From Patescibacteria group bacterium (GTDB lineage Bacteria; Patescibacteriota; Minisyncoccia; Phycocordibacterales; Phycocordibacteraceae), in the NCBI GenBank assembly GCA_038063025.1, contig JBBTWA010000048.1, positions 1 through 31,441 of the forward strand: a DNA stretch of 31,441 nt, written 5' to 3'. The stretch's first letter is position 1. Each line of letters starts with the position of its first letter. The notes below the pieces were generated by a model. It ran no database searches and was not told the origin of the DNA. It saw only the letters and a list, made by a program, of their open reading frames with translations. The translations under genes were made by a program, and so were the position numbers. Shown piece by piece: positions 1 through 9,447 of this stretch.

Positions 1-390
1 GGCGCCGTAGGCGCCGATATTCTGGACTACGGCTCCGCCGACTGTGCCGGGAATGCCGGCGAGGTTCTCAACGCCGAAAATTCCCTTCTCTCCCGCGGCG
101 TCTACAACGCCGTCCCAGCTGGCTCCCGCGCCCGTTATGAGCAACGTGTCGGCGCCGTCGCTTTCAAAATTCATATCGCGCATCGCCATCTTCAGCACAA
201 CACCGTCAACACCGCCGTCCGGCACAAGCAGATTGCTCCCGCCTCCGAGCACGAACACGGAGAGAGAGTTGGCGCGGGCGAATGCGAGCGTCTCTTTTAC
301 TTCTTCAACCGACTGCGCCTCTGTGAAGTAGCGCGCGGGCCCGCCGATATGGAATGTCGTGAGAGATGCAAGCGGTACGTTTTCTTTCAT
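1..390 (-). CDS. murB: UDP-N-acetylenolpyruvoylglucosamine reductase (5' part only; runs off the window edge)
   Basis: Not in the ORF track. Hand translation from ATG at 390-388 gives MKENVPLASLTTFHIGGPARYF...VLGGGSNLLVPD...GVENLAGIPGTVGGAVVQNIGAYGA, containing the MurB motifs TTFxIGGPA, GGGSN and IPGTVGGAxxxNxGAYG. The start overlaps the upstream gene's TGA (ATGA). Confidence 0.95.
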   Translation of the reverse strand, partial: MKENVPLASLTTFHIGGPARYFTEAQSVEEVKETLAFARANSLSVFVLGGGSNLLVPDGGVDGVVLKMAMRDMNFESDGADTLLITGAGASWDGVVDAAGEKGIFGVENLAGIPGTVGGAVVQNIGAYGA

Positions 391-2552
391 TTCCCTTCTT
401 GAATCTGCTTAATGGCCGCAGCGCCTGCGTCTGCAGAGTCCGGATACTTCGCGACTGCCGTGTTGATAGCTTTAATCGCATTCGCCTTGTCTCCGGCCGT
501 ATAGTAGGCGGCGGCGAGCGAGAACCATGCGGGGGCATCTGCACTTGGCTTTTCCGTACGCAATTTGAGCATGCTGATTAGGCTCTGCCAATCGCCAGTG
601 CGATAGTATGCGACCGCGAGCACATTACTGTCTACCACAGTGGTGCCGAAAACTTCCATCAAGATTTTATCTGCCTCTTCCTTGTCTCCGGCGGCGATAT
701 TGCCGGCGGCGGAATAGATAGCCAGGTCAGTGAACTGCGGGCCGAGAGTGTATGCAGTATTAAAATCTTTCTGCGCCGACTTAACATCCCCAGTGTCCCA
801 CTCAACGGTTCCCTTCTCAATATAAAAACTTTCCTTATTTGGCGATAGAAGAATCGCGGCCTCCAATTCTTTAAGCGCATTCGCGCCGTCGCCTACTATG
901 CGGTATGCGTATGAGAGCTGAAGGCGCGCTCGCGCATCAAGCGGATACGATGCGGCCTGCTTTTGCATCTCTGTTATCGCGAGCGTTGCCGCACTCTGTT
1001 TCTGTTCATTTGTTACAGACTGGCTCTGCACGACCGCGCTTGCAAAAGAAACCATCTGCTCGCGCACCTCCTGCATAGCGAACGGCGGATGTGCGGAGAA
1101 ATATTCAAATGCTGCGAAATTTTTTGATAAATCTGCGGACGGCGATATTGCGGTAATAAGTTTGGACGCCGTTTGCATGCCTGAAATATTTACGAACCAG
1201 ATAATCACGAACACCGAGACGGCGGCGATAGGAAGCGCATAAGTCATGCCGTCTTCTGCAGAGATTTCAGGAGCATTTTCAAATCGTTCAATAGGTTGCG
1301 AAACCTGCGAGTCTATGAGCGCGAGTATGGCGAAGAAGTATATATAGGAGTACAGATTATCAAAGACGAAGAAATTGTGAACGGCATAGCCGGCGAGCAC
1401 GGCTGTGAGAGCGATTCGTTCCGGGCGCGAGAGCTCCGAACTTTTCCACAACAACATAATCGCGGAACCAAAGAGAGAGATATAGAGAAGAAATGCCGGT
1501 ATGCCACCAGCAGAGAGCCAATCAATAAAAGCGTTGTGCGCGCGGTCAAACCACTGTTCCTGTCCGTAAAGCGACGGCTCGTAAAACTTGTTGAAGACAT
1601 AATTGAAACCCTCCTGCCCGTAGCCTGTGAGCGGGCGCTCCAAGACGCCCTTAAACGCCATACTCCAGACGGTGAAACGCGTCTGGCCGTCTGCGATAGA
1701 AATGGACGCAATCCTCTGCAATACATTATTGTTTTGTACGAAATCAGAATTGCGCGCGAGATAGAAACTGCCAATCAGAATGAGAATAAGCACCAGCGCG
1801 CCCGCGGCCCACCCACGAGCGCGCTTCCCCGCCGTTATCGCAGTCAGAAATGCGGCCAAAGTTAAACCAAGAACCAAACCTATGATTGTCCCGCGCGTTT
1901 CAGTAAAAAATATGAGTGTAGCTTCAACGACTGCAAGAATAATAAGGGACCACTTCAACCAGACGTATTTCTCGGTGAGCGCGAGCCAGAGCGCAACAAA
2001 CGTGCTGAATAGAAGATATACAGCGAGGTATGCGGAATTACCGAGCGTCGTATCAATACGCGTAGAGCCCTGATGTATCGCGAGCGCACCAGAGAGCTGG
2101 AAAAGTGCATATCCAGAAATAATAACCGCAACGCCGAGCGAGGTAAGAAACCACGCCCTCCATTTTTTTTCTACGCGCAATATCGCGCTAGCCGCAAAGA
2201 ACAGTCCGAGGAGGTGGACGAGAAGCACCCAGCCCTCCATCCGCTCAAAGTTGCTCCAGAACGCTTTCGTCGCGTTAAATGCGAACGCATCGGCGACGAA
2301 CATCCAGACAACGAAGCCAACTACAGATGCCCCTATCCAAGAAAATCTGGGCCTGTACTCTTTATCCAGAAACGCGAGCACCACCCACGCGCCAACCGCT
2401 ATTTCTATCAGGATACGCAGATAAAACGCCTTGCCGGTAATAAACGGGAAGAAAAACGAGTTGGCTACAATGAGCGGTGTGAGCGGGAGCAGAAAAAGCG
2501 CCACAAGAGCCACCCACCTCGCCGCCTGTTTAGCTGCGCCTCCAGACTGCAT
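387..2552 (-). CDS. O-antigen ligase/Wzy_C-like polytopic membrane protein with C-terminal TPR repeats (possible oligosaccharyltransferase)
   Basis: 721 aa with about 12 hydrophobic segments; ligase-type motifs TETRGT, R...W...PLTGYGQEGF and DRAHNAFIDWL; TPR-like repeats at the C-terminus (ARLQLSYAYRIVGD...; AWFSLAAAYYTAGDKANAI). Confidence 0.85.
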   Translation of the reverse strand: MQSGGAAKQAARWVALVALFLLPLTPLIVANSFFFPFITGKAFYLRILIEIAVGAWVVLAFLDKEYRPRFSWIGASVVGFVVWMFVADAFAFNATKAFWSNFERMEGWVLLVHLLGLFFAASAILRVEKKWRAWFLTSLGVAVIISGYALFQLSGALAIHQGSTRIDTTLGNSAYLAVYLLFSTFVALWLALTEKYVWLKWSLIILAVVEATLIFFTETRGTIIGLVLGLTLAAFLTAITAGKRARGWAAGALVLILILIGSFYLARNSDFVQNNNVLQRIASISIADGQTRFTVWSMAFKGVLERPLTGYGQEGFNYVFNKFYEPSLYGQEQWFDRAHNAFIDWLSAGGIPAFLLYISLFGSAIMLLWKSSELSRPERIALTAVLAGYAVHNFFVFDNLYSYIYFFAILALIDSQVSQPIERFENAPEISAEDGMTYALPIAAVSVFVIIWFVNISGMQTASKLITAISPSADLSKNFAAFEYFSAHPPFAMQEVREQMVSFASAVVQSQSVTNEQKQSAATLAITEMQKQAASYPLDARARLQLSYAYRIVGDGANALKELEAAILLSPNKESFYIEKGTVEWDTGDVKSAQKDFNTAYTLGPQFTDLAIYSAAGNIAAGDKEEADKILMEVFGTTVVDSNVLAVAYYRTGDWQSLISMLKLRTEKPSADAPAWFSLAAAYYTAGDKANAIKAINTAVAKYPDSADAGAAAIKQIQEGK

Positions 2553-2562
2553 GATGAGAACA

Positions 2563-2571
2563 ACTATATCA
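2563..2571 (-). promoter_or_regulatory. Extended -10 element TGATATAGT for the ligase-murB unit
   Basis: Matches TGnTAnnnT, 10 nt upstream of the ATG at 2552; no SD sequence present. Confidence 0.5.
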
Positions 2572-2590
2572 TGTTTTCTTCGGTTCTAGA

Positions 2591-2599
2591 TGCTACGAT
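2591..2599 (+). promoter_or_regulatory. Extended -10 element TGCTACGAT for the gmd operon
   Basis: Matches TGnTAnnnT in the 81-bp divergent intergenic region; lies within the imperfect inverted repeat GATGCTA-CGA-TAGCGTC (2589-2605). Confidence 0.4.
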
Positions 2600-2633
2600 A
2601 GCGTCACACCTTTTATCTATACCTATATAATAT

Positions 2634-3686
2634 ATGAGTGCCCCAAAACATAAAAAAGCCCTGATTACCGGTATTACCGGCCAAGATGGTTCGTATTTAG
2701 CAGAATTGCTTCTTGAAAAGGGATATGAGGTGCACGGACTCATACGCCGTGCGAGCAATTTCAACACTCAGCGTATAGACCATATATATGAGGACCCGCA
2801 TAAACACGACGGGAGACTTTTCCTCCACTACGGCGACCTTTCTGACGGGAGCAACCTCAACCGCATCTTGAGCAAGGTGCAACCGGACGAAATATACCAC
2901 CTCGGCGCGCAGAGCCATGTACGCGTCAGTTTCGATATTCCGGAATATACTGCGGATGTTACCGGACTCGGCACCGTCCGCATTCTCGACGCGATGCGCG
3001 AAGTCGGGCTGAACAAGACGCGGTTCTACCAAGCATCGTCGAGCGAAATGTTCGGAAAGGCTCTTGAGATCCCGCTTAAGGAAACGACGCCCTTCCATCC
3101 TCGTTCGCCTTATGGTGTGGCGAAGGTATATGCCTATTGGATAACGAAAAATTATCGTGAGAGCTACGGAATGTTCGCCAGTAACGGTATCCTCTTCAAC
3201 CACGAGAGCGAGCGGCGCGGCGAGACCTTCGTCACGCGCAAGATTACGCAAGGACTCGCTCGCATCAAGCTCGGCAAAGAGAAGACGCTCTATCTCGGCA
3301 ATCTTGAAGCGAAGCGTGATTGGGGGTATGCAAAAGATTATGCGGAAGGCATGTGGCGCATACTCCAGCACACAGAACCGGATGACTTCATCCTCGCGAC
3401 CAATGAGTCGCACAGTGTCCGCGAGTTCGCTGAAGAAGCCGGCAAGGCGCTCGGTATGGATATCGTCTGGAAAGGAAAAGGTCTGAAAGAAAGGGGAATT
3501 GATAAAAAGACGGGGAAAACGATAATCAAAATAGATCCGAGATACTTTAGGCCGGCAGAAGTGGACATTCTTCGGGGCGACTATGCGAAAGCTAAAAAGA
3601 AACTTGGCTGGGAACCGACTACGAAGTTCGCCGATCTCGTGAAGCTCATGGTCGAAGCGGATTATGCCTATGAACAAGGGCGCTAA
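2634..3686 (+). CDS. gmd: GDP-mannose 4,6-dehydratase
   Basis: [64 protein letters not shown]: full Gmd motif set. Confidence 0.98.
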   Translation: MSAPKHKKALITGITGQDGSYLAELLLEKGYEVHGLIRRASNFNTQRIDHIYEDPHKHDGRLFLHYGDLSDGSNLNRILSKVQPDEIYHLGAQSHVRVSFDIPEYTADVTGLGTVRILDAMREVGLNKTRFYQASSSEMFGKALEIPLKETTPFHPRSPYGVAKVYAYWITKNYRESYGMFASNGILFNHESERRGETFVTRKITQGLARIKLGKEKTLYLGNLEAKRDWGYAKDYAEGMWRILQHTEPDDFILATNESHSVREFAEEAGKALGMDIVWKGKGLKERGIDKKTGKTIIKIDPRYFRPAEVDILRGDYAKAKKKLGWEPTTKFADLVKLMVEADYAYEQGR

Positions 3687-4599
3687 GATTTTCGTCGCGG
3701 GACATCTGGGACTCGTCGGCTCGGCGCTGGTCCGTGCGCTTGAAAAAGCGGGCTATCGCAACTTGCTTCTGCGCCCGCGCGCCGAACTCAACCTGCTTGA
3801 TCAGTATGCGACACGGTCTTTTTTCAAAAAAGAAAGGCCCGAGTATGTATTTCTCGCGGCCGCCAAAGTCGGCGGAATTGTGGCAAACCAAAACATGCCA
3901 GCATCTTTCATTCATGAAAACCTATCTGTGCAAAATAATGTAATCCATGAAGCGTATCGTTCTCAAGTAAAAAAACTTCTGTTTCTTGGAAGTTCTTGTA
4001 TATACCCAAAGCTCGCCCCGCAACCAATTAAAGAAGATTATTTAATGACTGGGCCACTTGAACCAACAAATTGTAATTACGCCATTGCTAAAATTGCAGG
4101 AATTTTTATGTGCCAAGCATACAACAAGCAATTTGACACAAACTTTATTTCGGTCATGCCGACGAACTTGTACGGACCGAACGATAACTATGATCTTGAA
4201 ACCTCACACGTCCTACCCGCTCTTATCCGGAAATTCCACGAAGCGAAACGGGATGGTGCCCCATCCGTAACGCTCTGGGGTACCGGTTCCGCAAAGCGCG
4301 AGTTCCTCCACGTCGATGACCTTGCGGACGCTTGCGTGTTCCTGATGAAGAAATATCATGGCTCGGATATTATTAATATCGGTACTGGTATTGATATAAC
4401 GATAAAAGAACTAGCAGAAAAAATAAAAAAGATTGTCTGTTATTCCGGAAAAATCGTATGGGATAAAACGAAGCCCGACGGCACGCCGCGGAAACTGTTG
4501 AACGTTAAGAAGCTACATAAGCTCGGCTGGAAACACTCGACAAATCTCGATGCGGGACTCAAGGAGACATATGGGTGGTACAAAGAAATCTATGAGTAG
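3670..4599 (+). CDS. fcl: GDP-L-fucose synthase-family epimerase/reductase (Fcl, or ColC GDP-colitose synthase)
   Basis: [73 protein letters not shown]. Start at 3670 preferred; 3664 is also in frame. Confidence 0.93.
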   Translation: MNKGAKIFVAGHLGLVGSALVRALEKAGYRNLLLRPRAELNLLDQYATRSFFKKERPEYVFLAAAKVGGIVANQNMPASFIHENLSVQNNVIHEAYRSQVKKLLFLGSSCIYPKLAPQPIKEDYLMTGPLEPTNCNYAIAKIAGIFMCQAYNKQFDTNFISVMPTNLYGPNDNYDLETSHVLPALIRKFHEAKRDGAPSVTLWGTGSAKREFLHVDDLADACVFLMKKYHGSDIINIGTGIDITIKELAEKIKKIVCYSGKIVWDKTKPDGTPRKLLNVKKLHKLGWKHSTNLDAGLKETYGWYKEIYE

Positions 4600-5413
4600 C
4601 GTTACTATTATTCGTCCAAAAAAGACATTTAGCCTCCGCGACTTGCAGGAAGTGTGGCAATACAAAGAACTCCTATACTTCTTCACATGGCGTGATTTCA
4701 AGGTGCGATATAAGCAGACCGCTATCGGCGTTCTGTGGGCCATCTTCCAGCCATTTATTACAATGGTGGTCTTTACTATTTTTTTTGGCAACCTGTTAAA
4801 AGTTCCATCAGATGGTGTTCCGTACCCAATCTTTGTTTACACCGGACTTTTATTTTGGCAGTTTTTTTCTTCTGCACTTTCCGATACTAGCAATGTTCTA
4901 ATTGCGAACCAGTCCATAATTACAAAAGTTTACTTCCCGCGCCTTATACTCCCATTATCTGCTGTAGCGACTAAACTCGTTGATTTCCTAATCGCTTCAG
5001 TAATCCTTGTCGGAATGATGATTTACTATGGCTACACGCCTCATTGGAGCGGCCTATTGATCATGCCGCTTCTGCTTATTATCACTTTTATGGCAGCCGT
5101 GGGCGGCGGCCTTTTCCTAGCGGCCGTAAATGTCAAATATCGCGATGTACGCTATGCACTTCCATTCTTCATACAGATACTCTTGTTCGTGACACCTGTT
5201 ATCTACCCGGCAAGTATCGCCGGCAAGTATTCCTGGATACTCGCCATGAACCCGATGACTGGAGTTATCCAAACGGCACGCGCCGCTCTTCTTGGTACAA
5301 CCGCTGTTAACTGGGCGCTTATAGCAGTATCATTCGTCGCAACTGCTGTGCTACTTATAGTCGGCATCTTATTTTTCAAAAAGGTTGAGCGTTATTTTGC
5401 CGATGTCATCTAA
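4592..5413 (+). CDS. wzm: ABC-2 polysaccharide exporter permease
   Basis: [35 protein letters not shown]...R motifs; 6 hydrophobic helices. ATG at 4592 overlaps the fcl stop (the track start at 4550 is probably too long). Confidence 0.95.
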   Translation: MSSVTIIRPKKTFSLRDLQEVWQYKELLYFFTWRDFKVRYKQTAIGVLWAIFQPFITMVVFTIFFGNLLKVPSDGVPYPIFVYTGLLFWQFFSSALSDTSNVLIANQSIITKVYFPRLILPLSAVATKLVDFLIASVILVGMMIYYGYTPHWSGLLIMPLLLIITFMAAVGGGLFLAAVNVKYRDVRYALPFFIQILLFVTPVIYPASIAGKYSWILAMNPMTGVIQTARAALLGTTAVNWALIAVSFVATAVLLIVGILFFKKVERYFADVI

Positions 5414-5418
5414 CTCCC

Positions 5419-6690
5419 ATGAAACCGATTATAGAAATTAAGAGTATTGGAAAAAAGTACAGCATCACGCATCAGCGCGGCGGTTATGTAGCACTTCGTG
5501 ATATATTAACGAGTGTTGCAAAAAGCCCATTCAAGTTTTTGAAATCAAAAGCGAAACAGGCGATTGGCATAAATACTAAAGAAGAATTTTGGGCGCTAAA
5601 AAATATCTCATTTGATGTGATGCCGGGAGAGATTATCGGCATCATAGGCCCGAACGGTGCAGGGAAATCGACCCTCCTAAAAATCCTCACCGGCATCACG
5701 CCGCCGACCGAAGGCGAGATAATTATGCGTGGCCGAGTTGCCTCATTGCTTGAAGTAGGCACTGGCTTCCATCCTGAACTTACAGGACGCGAAAACATCT
5801 TCCTCAATGGCGCGATCTTGGGCATGACGAAGAAAGAGATCGCGTATAAGTTTAATGAAATCGTTGAGTTTTCTGGTGTGGAGAAATTCCTCGACACCCC
5901 GGTGAAATATTATTCAAGCGGCATGTATGTCCGTCTCGCCTTCTCAGTCGCGGCGCATATGGAGCCGGACATCCTCCTTGTCGATGAAGTACTCGCAGTC
6001 GGCGATGCTGAATTCCAGAATAAGTGTCTGGGGAAAATGGAAGAAGTCGCCGGAAAATCAGGGAGGACGATTCTCTTTGTTAGTCATAATATGGCGGCAA
6101 TTCAGACGCTGTGTAAAAAGACCGTCTGGCTCGAAAAAGGCAAAGTAAAAGAGGTCGGGAAAACGGAGGACATTATCAATCATTATTTGGACGAAGCAAA
6201 ATCTCGTACGACAGAAACCTCTTGGAGGGGAGAAAATGCTCCCGGGGATGCAGTCGCAATTCTTCATTCTGCACGAATTGTTGATGAGCATCATGAGAGC
6301 ATTCCTTTCGTCACTGCAAATAAAAAAGTAGGGATAGAATTTACCTACGAAATACTAGAGCCTGGACATACACCCGTCCCAAATATCCATATCTTCACCA
6401 TGCGAGGCGAATACGCATTCATTAGTCATGAGGAGTTTGATGAGAAATTGGGAGAAATGGGGAAACACAAAGCAACGATGTGGATACCAGGAGACCTACT
6501 CAACGAAGGCACCTACATTGCAGGAATAGCTCTCTCTACCATGAGGCCTCTTAAGATTCATTTTTACCAACAAGATGCCCTTACATTCAATGTTGTAGAA
6601 GACATTATGAGTTCTCGGAAGTTAGATTTCAATCAGAAAATCCCCGGGGTCGTACGTCCTCGTTTAAAGTGGGAAAATAAGAAAATATAA
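5419..6690 (+). CDS. wzt: ABC polysaccharide exporter ATPase with C-terminal carbohydrate-binding (Wzt_C-like) domain
   Basis: Walker A GPNGAGKST, signature YSSGM, Walker B ILLVDE, VSH motif; about 170 aa beta-rich C-terminal extension. Confidence 0.95.
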   Translation: MKPIIEIKSIGKKYSITHQRGGYVALRDILTSVAKSPFKFLKSKAKQAIGINTKEEFWALKNISFDVMPGEIIGIIGPNGAGKSTLLKILTGITPPTEGEIIMRGRVASLLEVGTGFHPELTGRENIFLNGAILGMTKKEIAYKFNEIVEFSGVEKFLDTPVKYYSSGMYVRLAFSVAAHMEPDILLVDEVLAVGDAEFQNKCLGKMEEVAGKSGRTILFVSHNMAAIQTLCKKTVWLEKGKVKEVGKTEDIINHYLDEAKSRTTETSWRGENAPGDAVAILHSARIVDEHHESIPFVTANKKVGIEFTYEILEPGHTPVPNIHIFTMRGEYAFISHEEFDEKLGEMGKHKATMWIPGDLLNEGTYIAGIALSTMRPLKIHFYQQDALTFNVVEDIMSSRKLDFNQKIPGVVRPRLKWENKKI

Positions 6691-6696
6691 GACACT

Positions 6697-7371
6697 ATGA
6701 CCAAAATCCTTGCGATTATCAGAAGTCTGCGTAATTCCTACAATGCAATGCGCAGAGGCAAAAGAGTTGGTGGTTTCGACATCCTCAGCATCTACAACGG
6801 ACACTTCAATATAAAATACCGAGGAGTTCCAGCCCTAAAATGCCCATTTGATTACGTCCTGTATCAAATGCTCATAAGTGAAATTCAGCCGGATTTGGTA
6901 ATAGAGATAGGGACAAGCAATGGCGGCACCACGCTATATCTGGCAGATCTTATGAATGCGATTGGGCATGGCGCAATACATACGATTGATAAAGATAATG
7001 GAATTTCTCCTACAACGCTTCAGCATCCGCGAGTAACTTCGTTTAGAGAGGGGTGGGAGGGATATGATCTCGAGAATGCAAAAGGATTTTCAAAAATAAT
7101 GATCATAGATGATGCTTCACATCAGTACGAAGATGTCCTGCAAACCATAGAGAAATTCGCACCTCTTGTTTCTCTCGGGTCCTATTTCATAGTCGAGGAT
7201 GGTATCGTCACGCGGATTGAAAGAGACATGGCTCTTGCGGGCGGACCGTTAAAAGCTGTGCACGAATTTCTACGAAAAAATCAAGATTTCAAGATCGATA
7301 GAAAATATTGCGATTTCTTCGGCAAAAACGCTACTTTCAATCCAGACGGATATCTGCAACGGGTAAAATAA
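6697..7371 (+). CDS. CmcI/cephalosporin-hydroxylase-family SAM-dependent (sugar O-)methyltransferase
   Basis: KCPFDYVLYQMLISEIQPDLVIEIGTSNGG, IDDASH, YFIVED, GPLKAVHEFL, TFNPDGYLQR are typical of the CmcI family. Confidence 0.85.
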   Translation: MTKILAIIRSLRNSYNAMRRGKRVGGFDILSIYNGHFNIKYRGVPALKCPFDYVLYQMLISEIQPDLVIEIGTSNGGTTLYLADLMNAIGHGAIHTIDKDNGISPTTLQHPRVTSFREGWEGYDLENAKGFSKIMIIDDASHQYEDVLQTIEKFAPLVSLGSYFIVEDGIVTRIERDMALAGGPLKAVHEFLRKNQDFKIDRKYCDFFGKNATFNPDGYLQRVK

Positions 7372-7372
7372 T

Positions 7373-8263
7373 ATGCCAAAAGTTTTCATAGGTATGCCTG
7401 TATACAATGGCGAACGTTTCCTCAAAGAAGCGATTGATTCCCTGCGCGCACAGACATTCACTGACTGGAAACTCCTTATTTCGGACGATGCCTCGACGGA
7501 TACGACATCCGTGATTTGTGAAGAATATGTGAAGAAAGATCAACGCATAGCCTACGTCCGGCAGGAGAAAAATATCGGAATGTTCCCCAACTTTAAATTC
7601 CTTCTCGACAAAGCCGATGGCGAGTATTTCATGTGGACCGCGCAGGATGATATTCGCGAGAAAGATTATCTAAAAATCTGTATGGAGCATCTCGAACGAA
7701 ACAAAAACGTCGGATTCGCAACTACCCGCACCGCAGGAATAGACTCATTTGGTAAGACGCTGATTAAGGAGACAGAACTGACTCGTCTCTCAGGAAAACC
7801 TGGGATGCTAAGTGTCGCTCGCTATGTTCTTCAGCCAGAAATTCTCGGTAAATGTAACCTCATGTATGGACTCTTCAGAACGATCGCCGCTAGAGAAACA
7901 TGGCGAGCGTATCCACAAAGAAATGTTTGGGGGCAAGATTATATGTTTTCTCTCGCTCTTGTAAGTCGATTCGAGATTTATGTCGACCCGCGGTACTTTT
8001 TTAAGAAAAGACATGGTGGATATTCAAGTCCTGGTGCACTTACAAACGATGCAAAAGAAAATCCCAAGAAACTTGAATACAAGAACCCAAAAAATCACAT
8101 ATTCCCTTTTGGGAGATTCAACAAATATTTTACAGGGCACCTTGAAGCACTTTCTGGCACTCCTTATCGCCCGCTTGCGGCAGTGTTGCTTCTTGTTCGT
8201 TTACCCCGATCATTCTTCCTGCATTTGAAAGAGAGGAATTACAAGAAATTTATAATTAGGTAG
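7373..8263 (+). CDS. GT2 family glycosyltransferase
   Basis: IGMPVYNGERFL, ISDDASTD, NIG..PNF, YFMWTAQDD. Confidence 0.9.
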   Translation: MPKVFIGMPVYNGERFLKEAIDSLRAQTFTDWKLLISDDASTDTTSVICEEYVKKDQRIAYVRQEKNIGMFPNFKFLLDKADGEYFMWTAQDDIREKDYLKICMEHLERNKNVGFATTRTAGIDSFGKTLIKETELTRLSGKPGMLSVARYVLQPEILGKCNLMYGLFRTIAARETWRAYPQRNVWGQDYMFSLALVSRFEIYVDPRYFFKKRHGGYSSPGALTNDAKENPKKLEYKNPKNHIFPFGRFNKYFTGHLEALSGTPYRPLAAVLLLVRLPRSFFLHLKERNYKKFIIR

Positions 8264-8273
8264 ACTTAAAACT

Positions 8274-9446
8274 ATGATTCCTTTGATGAAAAATGCGTTT
8301 TTGCACGAGGACGAGACAAAAAAAGCTTTGTCTGAATTCATCATGCAGGCAAAACGCCTCAGTATGGATGTGAAGTGTAGAGAATTTGAAGAGGCGTTTG
8401 CAAAAAAACAAGGCAGCAAACATGCGGTACTTTTCAATTCGGGCGGAAGCGCGAACCTTGCGATGCTCCAGAGCGCAAAAAATCTTGGTCTTCTCAAGGA
8501 GGGCGATTTGGTGGGGTTCTCTGCTCTCACTTGGTCGACAAATGTAATGCCGATTATCCAGCTCGGGATGAAGCCTGTTGCAATCGATTGTAATCCTTTG
8601 ACTCTCAATTCAATGTCGACGAATCTTCTTGAAACTCTCTCGACGCATGCTCTTCGTGCTTTTTTTGTGACGAATGTACTTGGGTTCGCAGGCGATCTTC
8701 CAGAAATAAAAAAGATATGTGACGAACGGAATATTCTCCTTCTTGAGGATAACTGCGAATCGCTTGGCACTGAACTGCCTGAAGGACGGACGGGTAATTT
8801 CGGATTTGGATCGAGTTTTTCATTTTTCGTCGCTCATCACATGTCGACTATAGAAGGCGGCATGGCCTGCACCAATGATGCTGAGTTTGCCGAGATGCTT
8901 CGTATCGTTCGAGCAAATGGCTGGGATAGGAATCTCGAACCAGAACAGCAGAAAAAGTTGCGAAAGAAATATGGTATCGAATCCGAATTCCAATCGAAAT
9001 ACACTTTCTATGATCTCGGATTTAATTTACGACCAACTGAGATAACCGGTTTTCTCGGCCTGCATCAACTCCAATTCTTAGAAGAAAATTTAAAGATTAG
9101 GGAGAATAATCATCGTTATCTTGAAAAAGCGCTTCAAAAAAATCCTGACTTTGTCGCGATCAATCGAAGTCACATACAAAAATTCTCCCCGTTTGCTTTT
9201 GCAATCGTCTGCAAAACACCTGCACTGAAGGAAAAATATCTTGCACGTTTCATCAATGCCGGTATCGAGGTGCGTCCGATGATTGCTGGTAATATGCAGA
9301 AACAGCCGTTCTATAAAAAATATGTAGAAGACACCGCAGACCTACCTGGGGCAGACTTCCTGCATCACAACGCTTTCTACTGCGGGAACTACCCTGAATT
9401 GACCCCCGAAGACCTCGAGACCATACGCATCTGCCTCAGAAATTAA
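8274..9446 (+). CDS. colD: PLP-dependent DegT/DnrJ-fold enzyme, ColD-like GDP-4-keto-6-deoxy-D-mannose 3-dehydratase
   Basis: NSGGSANL, EDNCESLG, SFSFFVAHHMSTIEGG with His (residue 188) where aminotransferases have the Schiff-base Lys; RANGWDRNL, GFNLRPTE, RPMIAGN; 390 aa; no Cys-rich Fe-S motif. Confidence 0.75.
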   Translation: MIPLMKNAFLHEDETKKALSEFIMQAKRLSMDVKCREFEEAFAKKQGSKHAVLFNSGGSANLAMLQSAKNLGLLKEGDLVGFSALTWSTNVMPIIQLGMKPVAIDCNPLTLNSMSTNLLETLSTHALRAFFVTNVLGFAGDLPEIKKICDERNILLLEDNCESLGTELPEGRTGNFGFGSSFSFFVAHHMSTIEGGMACTNDAEFAEMLRIVRANGWDRNLEPEQQKKLRKKYGIESEFQSKYTFYDLGFNLRPTEITGFLGLHQLQFLEENLKIRENNHRYLEKALQKNPDFVAINRSHIQKFSPFAFAIVCKTPALKEKYLARFINAGIEVRPMIAGNMQKQPFYKKYVEDTADLPGADFLHHNAFYCGNYPELTPEDLETIRICLRN

Positions 9447-9447
9447 A

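Noticed and set aside
1613-1630. CCTGCCCGTAG, resembling half of the 29587 palindrome
   Set aside because: It has no matching arm and encodes the conserved ligase motif LTGYGQEG.
2697-3677. 326-aa antisense ORF opposite gmd, and other long shadow ORFs (e.g. 13748-14521, 1296-1865, 24582-25136, 26774-27337)
   Set aside because: They fully overlap well-supported genes on the other strand or frame and show no recognisable motifs; expected shadows of biased codon usage.
8274-9446. Alternative calls: perosamine synthase/ordinary aminotransferase, or E1 (DdhC/RfbH) CDP-sugar 3-dehydrase
   Set aside because: An aminotransferase needs the Schiff-base Lys, which is His here. E1 is longer, carries a Cys-rich [2Fe-2S] motif and needs ddhABD; none of these is present, whereas gmd and fcl are.
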